NCBI GenBank assembly: GCA_965153455.1
Contig: OZ234493.1
Location: 33,408,213 to 33,472,212 of the forward strand
DNA length: 64,000 nucleotides
Source of the DNA: Sphagnum compactum
Lineage: Eukaryota
Direction of reading: 5' to 3'
Shown here: positions 38,900 to 51,991 of the stretch, one piece after another
Layout: every line of letters starts with the position of its first letter
Numbering within the stretch: the first letter of the stretch is position 1
The notes under the pieces: generated by a model
The model's input: the letters and a program-made list of their open reading frames with translations, nothing else
Told to the model about the DNA's origin: nothing
The model's database searches: none
Program-made: the position numbers and the translations under genes

Positions 38900-39450
38900 A
38901 GCCCAACATATGAAGATGTGCAAGAGAACACCCAACCGGATAAAATTGGATGAAATTTTAAGACGATGAGAAGAACTAAGTGAAAACTTGAAATTTTCCT
39001 TGCAATATTTGGCAAACAAAATATATACAACTAGTGGCAAAGGGTTTTGCTTGGCGGAGGGGTGTGGAAAATAATTTTGGAGTTGTCATGCCATGTGATA
39101 ACTACAATAACGAGGTCACTTTTGTGAATTGGTATAAAAATGATCTAGCCTTAAATGTTCTTTTTGCTTGTGTCTTCTATTTTGTGCAACATTTTCATAA
39201 AGAAAATAATGTATTCAATCAACATGTCAAATAACTAATCATCGTTTCAATGCATTTCCATGAACTAGTCATATGCACGGTTGTTTAGTAAAGCTCTTGG
39301 ACTTTTGTTGAGTATGTCAACTTTATAGGAACATGATAATGCATGAAAATTGAAATGAATATTCTCAACTAAAGAATATAAGGCATTTATTTTGCAAGGA
39401 TAAAAAAAATAATGTAGACATGCAAAGTTGTATAAAGGTCTACAATAAAA
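38900..39450 (+). mobile_element. Highly decayed Ty1/copia reverse-transcriptase remnant
   Basis: KYIQLVAKGFAWRRGVENNF at about 39018-39080 resembles copia YKARLVAKGFxQxxGxDY. A downstream frameshifted FILQG..KLYKGL resembles PEGF....VCKLxKxLYGL. Many stops and frameshifts. Confidence 0.45.
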
Positions 39451-41716
39451 TTCCAAAAGATGTCATTTAACATGTAAGATTTGTGATTATGAGCTTGATG
39501 GAAGAAAAATAAGTTGGAGATTTTTTTGCAAAGTATTAAAAAAAGATTGATAATCTTTACAAAAAAACTTATAACATTTGGGTAAAGAAAACATTAGAAT
39601 TGATAATATAAACATAAAATAGTTGCAAGATGGGTAAAAGCACATTGAGTTCCCTAAAAATTGTAGTCAGAAGTATATATTTTTGCAATTAATTTTTTGG
39701 GTAATGTATGAACTTCACATCTTGAATTATTTTTGCTTGTTTTAGGTATATTTGATTAACTTTAGATTTGATATAATCATTTATTAAAAAAATCCAATAA
39801 ACATTGAAAAACTTGGACATATGAAATAATTCGTGACAAAATAATATTTGTCACTAAGTTTGAAAATTGCATATATACTTCAAAATTGGGGTTTTGGGTG
39901 GAATTTTTGGATGAATTTTTTTTTGTGGTCTATGGTATTGATATACATCAATTAAATCTAGGACCATTTAGAAATTAAAATTTATTGGATGAAATTCCAT
40001 TCAAATTTTGTTTCGCAACAAATGCATAATAATTTTTTTAAAAGGAAAAAACCACTACCATATCAAAAAGGAGGAAATTTTATAGATGGACATTGCATTA
40101 TTTTTTCAACTTTCATTTGTTTGATAATGTTTTATAAAACACAAACATGAGGTTATGGCTATAAAAAAAATGTAAGTTATATATTTTATATACATCGATT
40201 CTATCCAATTTTTTCATCTAACCATTGGATCAAAATGAATTTTGATTAAAAATGAATTTTAAATTTCAAAATGTTGTCATCAAGATTTTAGCTTACTATG
40301 TATCATAATATTTGTTATACATCATTTTTTTTAAAATGAAAAGTGATTCACCTTTAGTGTGTTTTCACTCATATATGTTTTTGGATTTGAGATCCCATTT
40401 AAAATTGCAAATTCATCAATTATTCACAATATGTTTTCAATTGTTGTAAGGTATGACCCAAGTTGAACATTTCTTTTCCTTATCATAACAAACATCCTTA
40501 TTGAAATAAAACTAATTTAAATCATTAATTGGATAAGATCAAGACAAGATGGTTTGAAACAAGATGTATAGTTTACAAGTGATAGATGGTTAAAAACATC
40601 TAACAAGCCTTAGTTAAATATTCCAAATGTACGTATATAAAAGGTGAACTATGAAAATCAAAATATTAAAAAGAAAAGAAAGATGCTTATGTGAGTGAAA
40701 TAGCTAATTATATTGTAGAATAGGTATAATGTATTTATCACATAAAGCTAAATTTTTATAGGATTATCGTCTTGTTGGTATTAGGTTCAATAATAGGGTT
40801 TTCACGTTGTTGTTGCTGTTTTTTTTTTAAATTTTAAAAAAAAAAATCTATTATTATTATTATTATTTGGGGTGTATTTGAAAGGATTATCGTTAAGGTG
40901 TGGTTTTGGTGTTTGATCTTTTACATAACAAAATGTATTCATTTGTAACTATAGGATTCCAAGTTCAAAACACAAACTTGGTGTGAAGTGCATTTCTACA
41001 AGACAATGCAAATTTGTGTGCATGTTTTCATACATGTGCGACGTTGTTAGTTTTGATCATGTTGGGTGTCAATCTAGTGGCACACATCATAGGTGATTAT
41101 TGATTTGGTATTGAGCAAGTTGGACCTACAAATGGACCTCTAAATTTTAAGTAACTAGTCCTAGAGCTAGAGTCCTAGTCCTAGCCACAACAAACGGTTG
41201 GTAGGGATAGTTTTTATTTCATTTAACCGTCTCTTGATTTTGGGGTTAAAAATGATTAAAATATAAGGGGTTAAAACTAACCTTTGCACTCTTCACACAA
41301 AGGGAATAAGATAAAATGGTATGATGGAGGTTAATTTAACTTTAAGTGGGAACTATTCACATTTACCCAAAAAAGTTTAGGCAGCTTGGGGAAATTTAAT
41401 AATTTTTTTTCATGCTGCCCAAAAAATGTGCACTTTGGGGACTTCCTGAGAAATGTTCCATGATGCTAAAATTTTGTTGGGCATCTTCGGAAATTTTATG
41501 CTGCCCAATTAAAGGTTGAAGTAAGTTTTTTCATTTATGCCCAAACATTGTGGGTTTAGGGTTGAAGTAAACTTTTCATGGGCTAAGTTTTTCTTTGTGG
41601 GCACTCTGAAAAATCCCAAACACTCGGAAAAAAAACTCAGGCTGTTTTGGGAATTTGTATTCTACCCGACAGTTTCGGGCAGATAATAAAAGGTTTAGTG
41701 GGAGGCAAATAGACAA

Positions 41717-42028
41717 AACAAAGACTGACCGTCAAATAAAAGGGCAGATTACACTAAAAAAAAAGACTGACCGTTGAATAAAAGGGCAGCTTACACTCAA
41801 AACAAAGACTGACCGTTGAATAAAAGGGCAGCTTACACTCAAAACAAATACTGACCGTTGAATAAAAGGGCAGCTTACCACTCGAACAAAGACTGACCGT
41901 TGAATAAAAGGGCAGCTTACACTCAAACAAAGACTGACCGTTGAATAAAAGGGCAGCTTACACTCAAACAAAGACTGACCGTGTCGAATATAAGGGCAGC
42001 GTACACTCAAACAGAGACCGACTTGACC
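41717..42028. repeat. 41-42-bp minisatellite, about 7 copies
   Basis: Unit AAAGACTGACCGTTGAATAAAAGGGCAGCTTACACTCAAAAC starts near 41720, 41762, 41804, 41846, 41888, 41929 and 41970. No spacers. Confidence 0.95.
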
Positions 42029-42029
42029 T

Positions 42030-43110
42030 TCCAGGTAAGGCCGAATGTGAATGAATGAAGAGCCAAAATTCATCCAGGAAGGAGAACATGGGTCCCCAGG
42101 GCTGTGAGTGAGTTCATCAACAAATGAGGAAATTAACAACCCTTCCATTTAAAGCGGATTATGAATGAATGAATGAATGGATGGATGAATGAAGAGTGGA
42201 AATTAGCCCATATGTGAGATTACGAAGTAATGAAAGAGCTGTAATTTAACCACACTTCCATGTAAGGGCCGATCTAGGGATGAATGAAGAGCAGGAATTA
42301 GCCATATTTTGTGTAAGGGCTGATTACAAATGAATGAAAAAGAAAGAGATTAGCCACACTTCCATTGATTATGAATGAATGAATGAATGAATGAGTGAAT
42401 GAATGAATGTTCAGGGTCGTGAGGGTCAATTTTAAATGAATTAAAAACAGAAATTAGCCATGAATTAAAAAACGGAAAGGAGCCCTTTACACTTCCATGT
42501 TAGAGGCCAACTAAATTTACAAATGAATGAAAAGTGGAAATTAGCCATGAGAATTTAGCCACACATCGATGTAAGATCCGATTGTGAATGAATGAAAAAG
42601 CAGAGATTGGTTGCTTAGACTCTTATGTAAGGGCCGATTTACAAACGAATGAATAAAAAGTAGGAATTGGCATTTAGACTCTCATGTAAGGGCCGATTAC
42701 AAATGAATGAATGAAAAGTAGAAAATTGGGTGTTTATAAAGACTCTCATGTAAGGACAGATTACAAATGAATGAATGAAAAGTAGAAATTGGGTGTTTAT
42801 AAGACTCTCATGTAAGGACAGATTACAAATGAATGAATGAAAAGTAGAAATTGGCGTTTAGACTCTGATGTAAGAAAGGGCCGATTACAAACGAATGAAT
42901 GAAAAAGGAGAGAATCATTCATACATTCATCCTGGAAGAAGACCATGGGCCAAGAGCGGATTGTGAATGAATGAAAAGCGGAAATTGGCGCTTAGACTCT
43001 GATGTACCTGCCGAAAAAATACGAACGAAGGAACGAAGGAACGAACGATGGACGGATGAATGAAAAGGAGTGAATCATTCATCATCCTAGAAGAAGAACA
43101 TGGGCCCCTC
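42030..43110. repeat. Degenerate 57-65-bp (GAAT)n-containing minisatellite with three copies of a CATCC.GGAAG.AGA.CATGGG-like motif
   Basis: A unit resembling GACTCTCATGTAAGGGCCGATTACAAATGAATGAATGAAAAGTAGAAATTGG starts near 42618, 42677, 42742, 42803 and 42862, with older copies upstream. The second motif lies near 42070, 42928 and 43083. Confidence 0.85.
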
Positions 43111-44137
43111 CCCCGTCCTTCCCGGGGACGTTCATCAAGAAATGAATAGGTAGGTAATAGTGGAGAGGAAGGGGAAAAAAATTAGCGAAGGTGGGACGGG
43201 AGCGGAGGAGGAGAGCGTAGTGTGCCAAGCTACAAAGGAAAGGTGTGAAGATGGCCACCGTGCAGCAACGCATCGTGGCTGCTCTCCTCTCCTTTCGCCT
43301 CTCCCCAAACCTTTCTCTGCACACACTGCGCGCGCCATTCATTGCAACCTCACCCCACCCCCCACCCCCCCCAACCACATCATTGCCTCGCCTGGCCTGG
43401 CCTGGTCTTGCCTTGCCTTGCCTTGCCTTGTCTTGCCTTGCCTGCTTGCTTGCTTGCCTTGTCCGTTCCTCATCAGGACTCTTCTTCCTCTTGCCGCCCT
43501 CCAGACAACGACGACAACTCTGATCCTGATGTCCAGCAGCAGCAGCAGCATTTTTTTCTATTCCTATCTCGCATTGAATCCATTCTCCTTTGAAGCCTGT
43601 GTTGTTATTGTTGTTGTATTCTTCTCGTAACTAGTTTGAATCAGTAATAGTAGTAGTAGTAGTAGCAGCAGCTTCTCTCCCGTCAGAACGCAAAAAAAAT
43701 TAGGCCTCATATAATAAGTCTCGGATGATCAAGGTCTAGTCGTCCAGTCCTAGTTCATGAGCTCCTCCACTGGGTTAGTCCTCCTTGAGTTTCGGAATCT
43801 TCACCATATATTTGCTACGCAAATGATGATGATGATGATCTGTGGAGTGGAGTTGCGGGCGGCGACGACGACAGCAAAGCCTCAAGCGTTTCGATTTACT
43901 ACTACTACTACTGATCGGCTGCGATGTTGTTTTGTGCTGCCGAGCAGCTTGGATTTTCCTCCAGTTATATTACTGATCGGCGATTTGTAGATGTTTTGTA
44001 GGAATTGCAGGGATTGCTACAATTCAGACTACTTCTTTTTCTTTTTCTTTTGGCGGCAGTGGAGGAGGGAGTGTCGAATCCCGCTCGCGAGCTTTAGACG
44101 AGTCTAGGACGTCGTCCTCCACGACTCGAAGAACAGC

Positions 44138-45616
44138 ATGCTGTCAGAAGATCATCATCTTCGTACGTCTCTTCAATCGGACACTGCGGCCGACGACGAA
44201 GACGAGCATCCTGACAGCAACGCTTCTGGAGACACAGATGGTGGGTACCGCCAGCGGCAGAAGAAGAAGAAGAAGAGGCGACGGCTTTCGCAGTGGAAGT
44301 TCAAAGTGGTTGCAACCGTGGAGAGCGACGACCCCAACAATTCTTCCACAGATGTGATCGGAGCTATAGCGTTTGACAAATCCAATGATTTCTTCGCTAC
44401 TGGAGGAAGTGCAAGGAAGATCCGAGTTTATGCTTTTCAATCCTTGTCTAAGGAGGATGTCTTCTATGATGATGATGAGGAGGAGGAGGAAGAGGAGGAT
44501 GCAGATCAGAAATTGAGGCGAAGAAGGAGACTTCAGAGGAAGATCATGTTGCCAATGGATAGGAAACCAAGAGCTACAACCCATTCTTTGTCTTCTTCTT
44601 CTTCTTCTTCTTCTAGAGCTGATCACACAAGTAGCTGCTGCATGACAGAGATTTGCACACCTGCAAAACTGAGCAGTTTGAAATGGCATTTTGAGAGAGA
44701 CAACATCATCGGATGTGGTGATTATGATGGTGTGTTTGCTGAATGGGATATAGAGAGGCACATAGCAGTAAGTGAGAAGGATGAACATAATGGACAAAGG
44801 ATTTGGAGCATTGACTACAGTGTGGAGAGGCCTAGTCTTTGTGCATCAGCTTCTCAAGATGGAACAGTACGAATCTGGAGCAGGAGCTCAGATCATAGTG
44901 TGGCACTCCTTCATGCGCCTAACCATAGTCCAGTCTGCGGTGCTGAATTTGCTCCATGCTCCTCCTTTCTTCTCGCACTTGCTTGTGCTGACAGCAATGT
45001 GTATGTCAATGATTTGCGCAAGCTCAGCACCCCTGTCCTTACTCTGAGTCATCACAAACGAGCAGTTACTTATGTTCGGTTTCTGAGTAAAGATCAACTT
45101 GTATCTGCTGCAATTGACAGCACTCTGAAGCTTTGGGATGTCTCTTCTTGTGTGCAAAATTCTCCAATGCCCCCCTGTGAAGTGAGTCATGATGATGATG
45201 AGAGCGGCAGAGCACATTTGAGCAATATTCTCCAGCAGCAGCAGCAGCCTGTGAAGACATTTGGGTACCATCAGAATGCAAGGAATTTTGTGGGTTTGTC
45301 AGTTTGGGCAGAAGGTGGCTTAGTTGCGTGTGGCTCTGAGACTAATGAAGCTTTTGCTTACGATTGTCATAAGGATGGTGAACCCATACTTCGCTATGAC
45401 TTTGGCCACCACTTCAATTCTGTCCCAGAAGGCTTGGGTTCAAATGCAGGGAGGAAACAGAGCAGCAGCTCAGAGGAGCAGAAGAGTCTGATAGATGATC
45501 AGCAGCAGGGAGGATTGATGGTCAGTGCTGTATGTTGGAGGCAGAAGGAATCAGAATGTACACTTGTGGCTGCAAACTCAGTTGGAGTCTTGAGACTTAT
45601 CAAGGGCTTCATTTAG
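44138..45616 (+). CDS. RUP: WD40-repeat protein of the COP1/SPA-related RUP/EFO type (repressor of UV-B photomorphogenesis), intronless, 492 aa
   Basis: Motifs DVIGAIAFD..FATGGSARKIRVY, ICTPAKLSSLKW, GCGDYDGVFAEWDIE, RIWSIDYS, AVTYVRFL, RNFVGLSVW..LVACGSETNE and VSAVCWRQ. It has WD40 repeats only, without the COP1 RING or the SPA kinase domain. Confidence 0.9.
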   Translation: MLSEDHHLRTSLQSDTAADDEDEHPDSNASGDTDGGYRQRQKKKKKRRRLSQWKFKVVATVESDDPNNSSTDVIGAIAFDKSNDFFATGGSARKIRVYAFQSLSKEDVFYDDDEEEEEEEDADQKLRRRRRLQRKIMLPMDRKPRATTHSLSSSSSSSSRADHTSSCCMTEICTPAKLSSLKWHFERDNIIGCGDYDGVFAEWDIERHIAVSEKDEHNGQRIWSIDYSVERPSLCASASQDGTVRIWSRSSDHSVALLHAPNHSPVCGAEFAPCSSFLLALACADSNVYVNDLRKLSTPVLTLSHHKRAVTYVRFLSKDQLVSAAIDSTLKLWDVSSCVQNSPMPPCEVSHDDDESGRAHLSNILQQQQQPVKTFGYHQNARNFVGLSVWAEGGLVACGSETNEAFAYDCHKDGEPILRYDFGHHFNSVPEGLGSNAGRKQSSSSEEQKSLIDDQQQGGLMVSAVCWRQKESECTLVAANSVGVLRLIKGFI

Positions 45617-45719
45617 AACCCTAATGGATCTTCTACTTTCAAGTTTCTTTTACTTTTACTTTTCTGGTATAATCTCTCTTTCATGTTGATACTTTTTTAT
45701 AATTGCCAAATTAGTAGTC

Positions 45720-46025
45720 ACCCACATGAAAATCATAACGGCTTTCTGTTTTGGAGCAAACAATCTACAGACATTTCCAGCAATTTGTCAACCCCCTTTT
45801 GTTTTTGGGTGTCGTATTGTGTCTGCCAAGGCAGTTAGGCTTTTTGTAGACACCACATGAGAATAGGTTGTAGACACATTGTTTTGAGCAAACAATCAAA
45901 ATGACATTTTATCTACCCTCTCTTTTCTGTATAGTGAGCGTGTTTGCCAAGGCAGTTAGGATTTTTCTAGACACCACAAGAGAATGAAAAATGATAAGTC
46001 TGTTTTGAGCAAACAATCAAGATAT
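45720..46025. repeat. Degenerate tandem repeat of about 120-130 bp (2.3 copies) downstream of RUP
   Basis: TGTTTT..GAGCAAACAATC occurs three times and TGCCAAGGCAGTTAGG.TTTTT.TAGACACCACA.GAGAAT twice. Confidence 0.8.
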
Positions 46026-46312
46026 GTCCATTATCTCTGTCTAAGTCAGTCATCAAATGAACTTTTACAGTGTTTGTAATACACAATTGTTGTGCTCACC
46101 TAACTAAACAACCAGAGAGATTTCAGTCTATAAATCAATCAACAGCTTCAGTTTGGCTTTGCACTGTTACCAATGATTCTTATACTTTATATGCATGTTT
46201 GTGTGTGACTCTGAGTTTCTATAGGGTTGGGGACCAATCTAGCAGCACATGATGCCAATCACTACATGAATCATTCAGCACAAGACGCTAAAAGAAAACA
46301 TTATATCTAGGA

Positions 46313-46550
46313 GATTTCAGAGAAAACTCCACAACACTTTGAAAGTAACGCAATGACGACTTTATAAGAGTTACTCACAAAGTGTCAGACCATCACCTTC
46401 ATCATGAATAGCCATAGTGATAAACTGCCATGCCTCCCAAGCGTGGTATTAATGAGTATATTATAATCTGCCCAAAATTTTGGGCAAAGTAGAGAAATAT
46501 CTGCATCATGAGCTTCTGTCACAATTCCAGATGCAACAGGTAGACTCACG
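46313..46550 (+). repeat. Dispersed short repeat family, copy 3
   Basis: CAGAGAAAACTCCACAACAC..CTCACAAAGTGTCAGACC..AATCTGCCCAAAATTTTGGGCAAA..TTCTGTCACA, as in the AATF-intron copies. Confidence 0.7.
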
Positions 46551-46880
46551 CATGATGTTGGTTAGTACTCAAGCAACATAACTACAAAAAAAATCAATAG
46601 AATCCTCATTCAAGCTGCAATAAGCTTACAAGGGCAAGCGTCATTTCAATTTACCTTGGCCCTGTATAAGAAATCATCCAAGCCTAAGCCTAAGACTTTA
46701 ACTAAGAGATGAAGAATTTCATTCTCTTGGAGGGCAGTTGTAAGAAATTTATCAGAAAGCCATCACTGTGGACATTGCAAAGCCTATTGAGCAAACAGTA
46801 ATAGAGATTCTCACTACTTGGCAAGCCCAATCGAGAAAGTGAGGCATAACTACTCGTAGGCTGGTAGCAATAGTGACATA

Positions 46881-49800
46881 TTATACAGTAACACTTAGTG
46901 CCCCTGGAACTTGCCACTCACGACACCCACAATGAACTTTGGCAAGAGTTGCCATATAGTCGCCAGACCTGACAAAGGCAAGGAATGTCCACTGTAGATG
47001 AACTGAAGTGTTGAATGTATGTCATTTGTCAATCCATATCATTTCACCTTAGACATCTCTCCAAATACCCAAAGAGTTGAAGATGAAGACAGAGCTCATT
47101 TGGTTGCTTCTGATTCGGCCAAGTTTAGTCTAGAACCAATCTAGTACAGTAATGCTTCCAACAAAATACTCAAGCACAATGTTTTCAAACAAGTATCTTC
47201 CTAAGCATTGATAAGTTCTCATAATTAATAATTGAAATCAAACTGAATTAAAAAACTACCCAAACAGATTTGCTTTCAAATGAGGCCTGGCCTAGCCGCT
47301 TCATGTCAATGAAAGAAAGATGAAAAGGGAGATAGCAACACTAACCTTGCTCCATAGGGGCTGGCAACAGCTGCGGTGATAGCCTCCCTTGCCGCTGTAG
47401 TATTATTCTGCACAGTAAAACTTTCTTCAGCAGCATCATCATGCAACATCCCGATTCAAACCCTGGAAGAGAGGCAACACCTGATTGAACAAATATCATC
47501 TAAAATCAATCAAGTAACCAAAACTTCTTGCCAGTTTAGAGCTGAGACAGACAGCAACAAGGGCTGAATAGACTATTGCTACTAAAATCAATCAAGGCCC
47601 ATGTAAGTATTGTTGGCAGGCTTTTCTGTCTCTGTGGTTGCACATGTCAATGGATGTGGATACATAATGTATTCCCCATCAAGGATTCCTTGCGAGACTC
47701 CTTTCTGCTCACAGAAATCGGGTCAGAAGAATAACACCTAACTTGAATTGGTGCCTGTCACAAGACAGATGAGCACAAAAGATCAGTGAACTCACCTGAG
47801 CCTCATGGAACAATCCCACATACAGGTGTGAATAGAAGAAGTCATGTGCATCCCGAGCTCCTACAGCTAGAAGCTGCAAACATCAAAAGGCTGAATAAGG
47901 ACACTTTCAACATGATGACAGTTTCTCATGAACAGACCTTAACTTCTGCAGGTGGTAAGGTATCCATTGTGCAGAACTGGAGAAAATTTTGTCCATAAGC
48001 TGAAGTTCAACAAAACTGAAGGATCTAGTTCTGGAAATTTTTGAACCAGCTCCCAAACATTCCAATAGAGCTCATGTAGGATTGTTCATATGTTGCATAG
48101 GAAAGTCAAGTCGTATGCAGTCAAAAGATAAGGGACCCAACCCAAGATCCACCATTTTTGGTTGAAATTTATTGGTTGCTCTAATAGATTTCCCCTTGTT
48201 ACCTCTACACCAATGATTGCATAAAGGTGTAACTTAGATAAGGGTGAATGGAGGGGGAAAATAACTGCAAAAGTTGACCACAAAAACAACCTAACAGAGA
48301 ATTTCTAGTTTTCTAATCTCTAGTTTTCACATCTGACAATATCCTTCTGAGAACTTCTGAGACGACCTCTTTGGTATCACCACCATCACGGAAAAGTTCA
48401 TATGCTTTTCGCATCACTGGTCTGCTATCTGGTCCCACCTGCCATGACAGGAAATTAAAGGCCTTGAGATTGACACAAACAAACGTCCACCCTTACCAGC
48501 CCAAAAGACACAAATTGTGCAATCATCCATATGAAAGACTTTGCACCAAGAATGTAATCACTGGTAACAGTAATTATGCATGCATGTTTTCATGATAGCC
48601 AACTATTTACTGTTATGACATGAGGCACACAGAGATCCACGACATCCTCAGGTTCCATGTCAAAAAAAATGCACCCTAGCAGGGTTAACATAGATGAAAT
48701 TGGATGAGACCACATTCCAAATTTGTGAATACTGAATGTAGTATGTCTTGTCATTGGAATTTGCAATAAAAAGTGCCAATGTGCACCAAAATTGAAAAAA
48801 AACATCACAAATACTACTAGTAAAACTTGTGTTCAATATGACACTTGTACAAGCAATAAGGCAATACAATCAATCATTTGCAAAATGGCCCCTCTCCTGG
48901 TGAAATAAGCGATTGAAAATAAATAAAATTCTTTTTCCAGGTTAAAATTAAGAATAAGAAACCTGCATCCAAGAACAAGAAAGAGGAAGATCAAGCTGCA
49001 AAAATGCACAGAGATGTTGAGATGGTTAAATTGTTCTAGCACTACATTGAAATGTACAACATGATCCTAACATTGGCACAAGACCTAAAACAAGATATTA
49101 TGAAACATTTCTGGAGTGATAAAAAATTGTAGGAGAGAGTGTCACTGACCTGAAGAAAGTTTTGATGAGCTTTGTCAGGCCCATACAGCTGCGCCTCACA
49201 AAGGAAGCACCATATTGACTGGAGCATCTTCACAGCAAGTCAATGCATGAGCTACAAACATAGTACACAACTAGGTCACTTTCATCCAGTGCTTGCATAT
49301 GAGAGTAGCACCTCCAGCAACAACTTCATACCCCAAGCGATAACAGGATAAAATCTGCACATAATCCATTTTATCTTGACTTTCAACACTTTGGACTGGA
49401 GATTCAGAAGCTCCTCCATCTCCAATGAGTCAATGCTAGCCAAAATATCTGAACGAACTTAACCGGACTCCCAAATTTGTTCTTGTTTCCTACAATGATA
49501 GTAGCCCTCCCCATATTATTAGCTTTTAGCTCAACATGTAGCAGCCTATCAATTCCGCAGGTTCACAGTAACACTATGGTGGAACACAATTAGCTAATAA
49601 AACATTAACATATGCACTGGAACCCAGTTCAGTGTGAGGCCTAACATAACATATATACTGTTCAGTACAACATGCTAACCTCCTCTGTATCGTTAGGATT
49701 GACAGCAACATCATCCCTGAATTGTTTTGCCCCCTCCTCAAATCTGCAATGAGAAATTGACCTCTTTTCAGTTATTAACAGGGAGCACACATGACCAACA

Positions 49801-51280
49801 AAATACAGAATCTCAGATTCTCTGAGTGCTGCAAAATTTGCTAGTGGTATGGCAAAACAAAAGACATAGTGGTTTTGGAGTTTGGAGCTCAGAAAAGATT
49901 TCCTATGGTCCTGTTTGTTTGGTACAAGATAGATAGAGCTGCAATTGGCAGATGACTGGTGCAATTATCTAAATCAACGACCTAATCAAACACTCTATCA
50001 CCTTTTGTACAAGCATTGTAACTTTCCACAAGACTTAGCTGTGTACAAACCACAGCTCCTGAAGACAGAAAGTACTCAAATGAAGTCAAAATTGTTTACA
50101 TCACAACAGTTTCTGTTATTCTTTTCTGTCCTCAATGAATGGACCAGAAAAAAAAGAAATATCAGCCAAAGTTATAAAAACCAAAGTGAACAATTAGAAG
50201 TGCTCAAAGGCATGGTTCAATGCCCAAAACCCTTGACTAGAACAATGCCTAAATATGCATGGCTCACATTGTCCTCATCCTTGGCCACACAAATTGCAAG
50301 ATTCCACAAGGCATCAATGAAAAGGAAGTAAGAGATCCATCTTCATAACTGTAGAAAGAAAGTGAGTACCTTCTCAGATAATAGAGAGATAAGCCCCGCT
50401 GCCATAAATCTATGCCAACAACACATAAGGAGCCAGCAATACAATCTGAGAAGAAGATCTCTGATCTCACAAACACAAGATCAAGTCCTAATCTAAAGCA
50501 AGTTCCTGAAAAAAGAAAAAAATGATCACATGAAAGAGAGTAATTACAAAGCGATGTAATTAGTCTTTGTAGTATGTATCACAGGTGCTTCCATATCCAA
50601 ATTGCAACTCACTGCTTGAAAGATGAAGGTAGGTACCAGAAAACCCATCCCAAGATATGTAACGTCCATGCAAGTATCTATATATATAGATATGAAAACT
50701 CACATGGCTTCTGTTGTGGGTCCAGCTCCAATGCTTTATCAAATTCGACAACTGATCCTCTCACATCCCCCTGATCAAGTAAACACACTTGTTAACAAAA
50801 ACCTGGCAGTACAGCATAGTGGACGAGCACAAGCTGAAGACAATTCTGTTACAACAACAGCCACCCTACAACACAGCTAGAGTTGTACACCCCCCCCCCG
50901 GCTAGTCCAAGAAGAATGAAACCCGGCAAAAGTCACTGCAACCAGAAAGACGATCGACACTTCAGAAAACAAAATCGTTAGGGAAAAGAGAGTAGAAGAA
51001 CCTTTGAAAAGAGTTGCATCCCGCGTCGAGTTGCAAGAATGGCGGCCTGACGATCTCCGACGTTAGCAGCCATTACCCTACTAGCTAACGCGACAGAAGA
51101 AGAAGCCACAGCTGCAATACTCCCCGGCCATGCAACGGTACCCGCCGCCGCCGCCGCGGCTCCCGATACAAACGATCGTCTGCTGAATCGCAAATCGCAA
51201 ACTTGACAAAACGAAGGAGACGACGACAACGACGACGACTGCAGGAGCAGCGAAGAAATGGAGGATGAAACCAATGCCAT
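46881..51280 (-). CDS. TPR-like superfamily protein, probable plastid transit peptide, 9 exons
   Basis: Approximate exons 51280-51002, 50770-50704, 50409-50370, 49743-49680, 49218-49150, 48438-48367, 47873-47796, 47407-47346 and 46968-46881 give RRGMQLFSKGDVRGSVVEFDKALELDPQQKPYLWQRGLSLYY..FEEGAKQFRDDVAVNPNDTEESIWCFLCEA..DSRPVMR..FFYSHLYVGLFHEA..DYMATLAKVH. The N-terminus is Ser/Ala-rich. Confidence 0.9.
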
Positions 51281-51618
51281 AAAGTCGTTATAAACTAGCT
51301 CATAATAAAAACTCTCGATCGAGAGTTTTTTGTTTTGTTGCTCGAGGAAGCAACAAAATCGGGAGTATTGAAGGGCGACTGAAGATTTTCCTCTCAAATC
51401 CTTTTACACAATCCTGTGCGTTTTGTGATGGATTTTTAGTCTCACAAACTCCAAAGAAAAAATGGCAGAATCGTCTCACCACAAAAAAGTTCAAAGGAAA
51501 ATGAACTTTTCGTTCTCAGAAAGGAAAAATTGGACACTTTGGTTGCGATAGGGCTCATCTCGTCCTAAGGAGAGCGGGGGCGCACAAGGAAGCACCAAAA
51601 GCTGAGGTCGAGAGCTCT

Positions 51619-51991
51619 GGCCACAGTGAACCAGCACCCACCAGTGCATCATCCACTGGATGTCCGTTCTGACTCACAGTTGTGGATGAACCTCAACTGA
51701 GTTACTACCTAGTTTCATCTTGGTGACCCATTCAATAAGAAGTAGGTAGGTGGTAACATATAGATAGGTAGGTTAAAAAAATAGGGACTACTAGGTAAGT
51801 AGATAGTTTAGACATAGTAGGTAGGGGCTGTTTTTTTTACTACCTACCTAGTTGGTAGGTAGTAAATAAAGCAACTGAGCTAACCACCATGGTTAGCTAG
51901 GGTACTGGAACCCAACAGAAAACTGTTTCTTCATCACATATCATCCATCCTTGATTGATGGTGCACTGGTGGGTGCTGGTTCATTGTGGCC
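51619..51991. mobile_element. MITE of about 373 bp with 35-bp TIRs, upstream of the TPR-like gene
   Basis: GGCCACAGTGAACCAGCACCCACCAGTGCATCATC versus the reverse complement of GATGGTGCACTGGTGGGTGCTGGTTCATTGTGGCC (2 mismatches). Internal TAGG/CCTA repeats. No clear TSD. Confidence 0.85.

Noticed and set aside
41717..43110. CRISPR-like array
   Set aside because: The units are head to tail without unique spacers, there are no cas genes and the context is eukaryotic. These are minisatellites, and ORF 41732-42148 is a repeat artefact.
43082..43990. ORFs of 67-156 aa upstream of RUP
   Set aside because: They are built largely from microsatellites (CCTTG, CAG, ATG, ACT). They are probably promoter or leader sequence, although uORF activity cannot be excluded.
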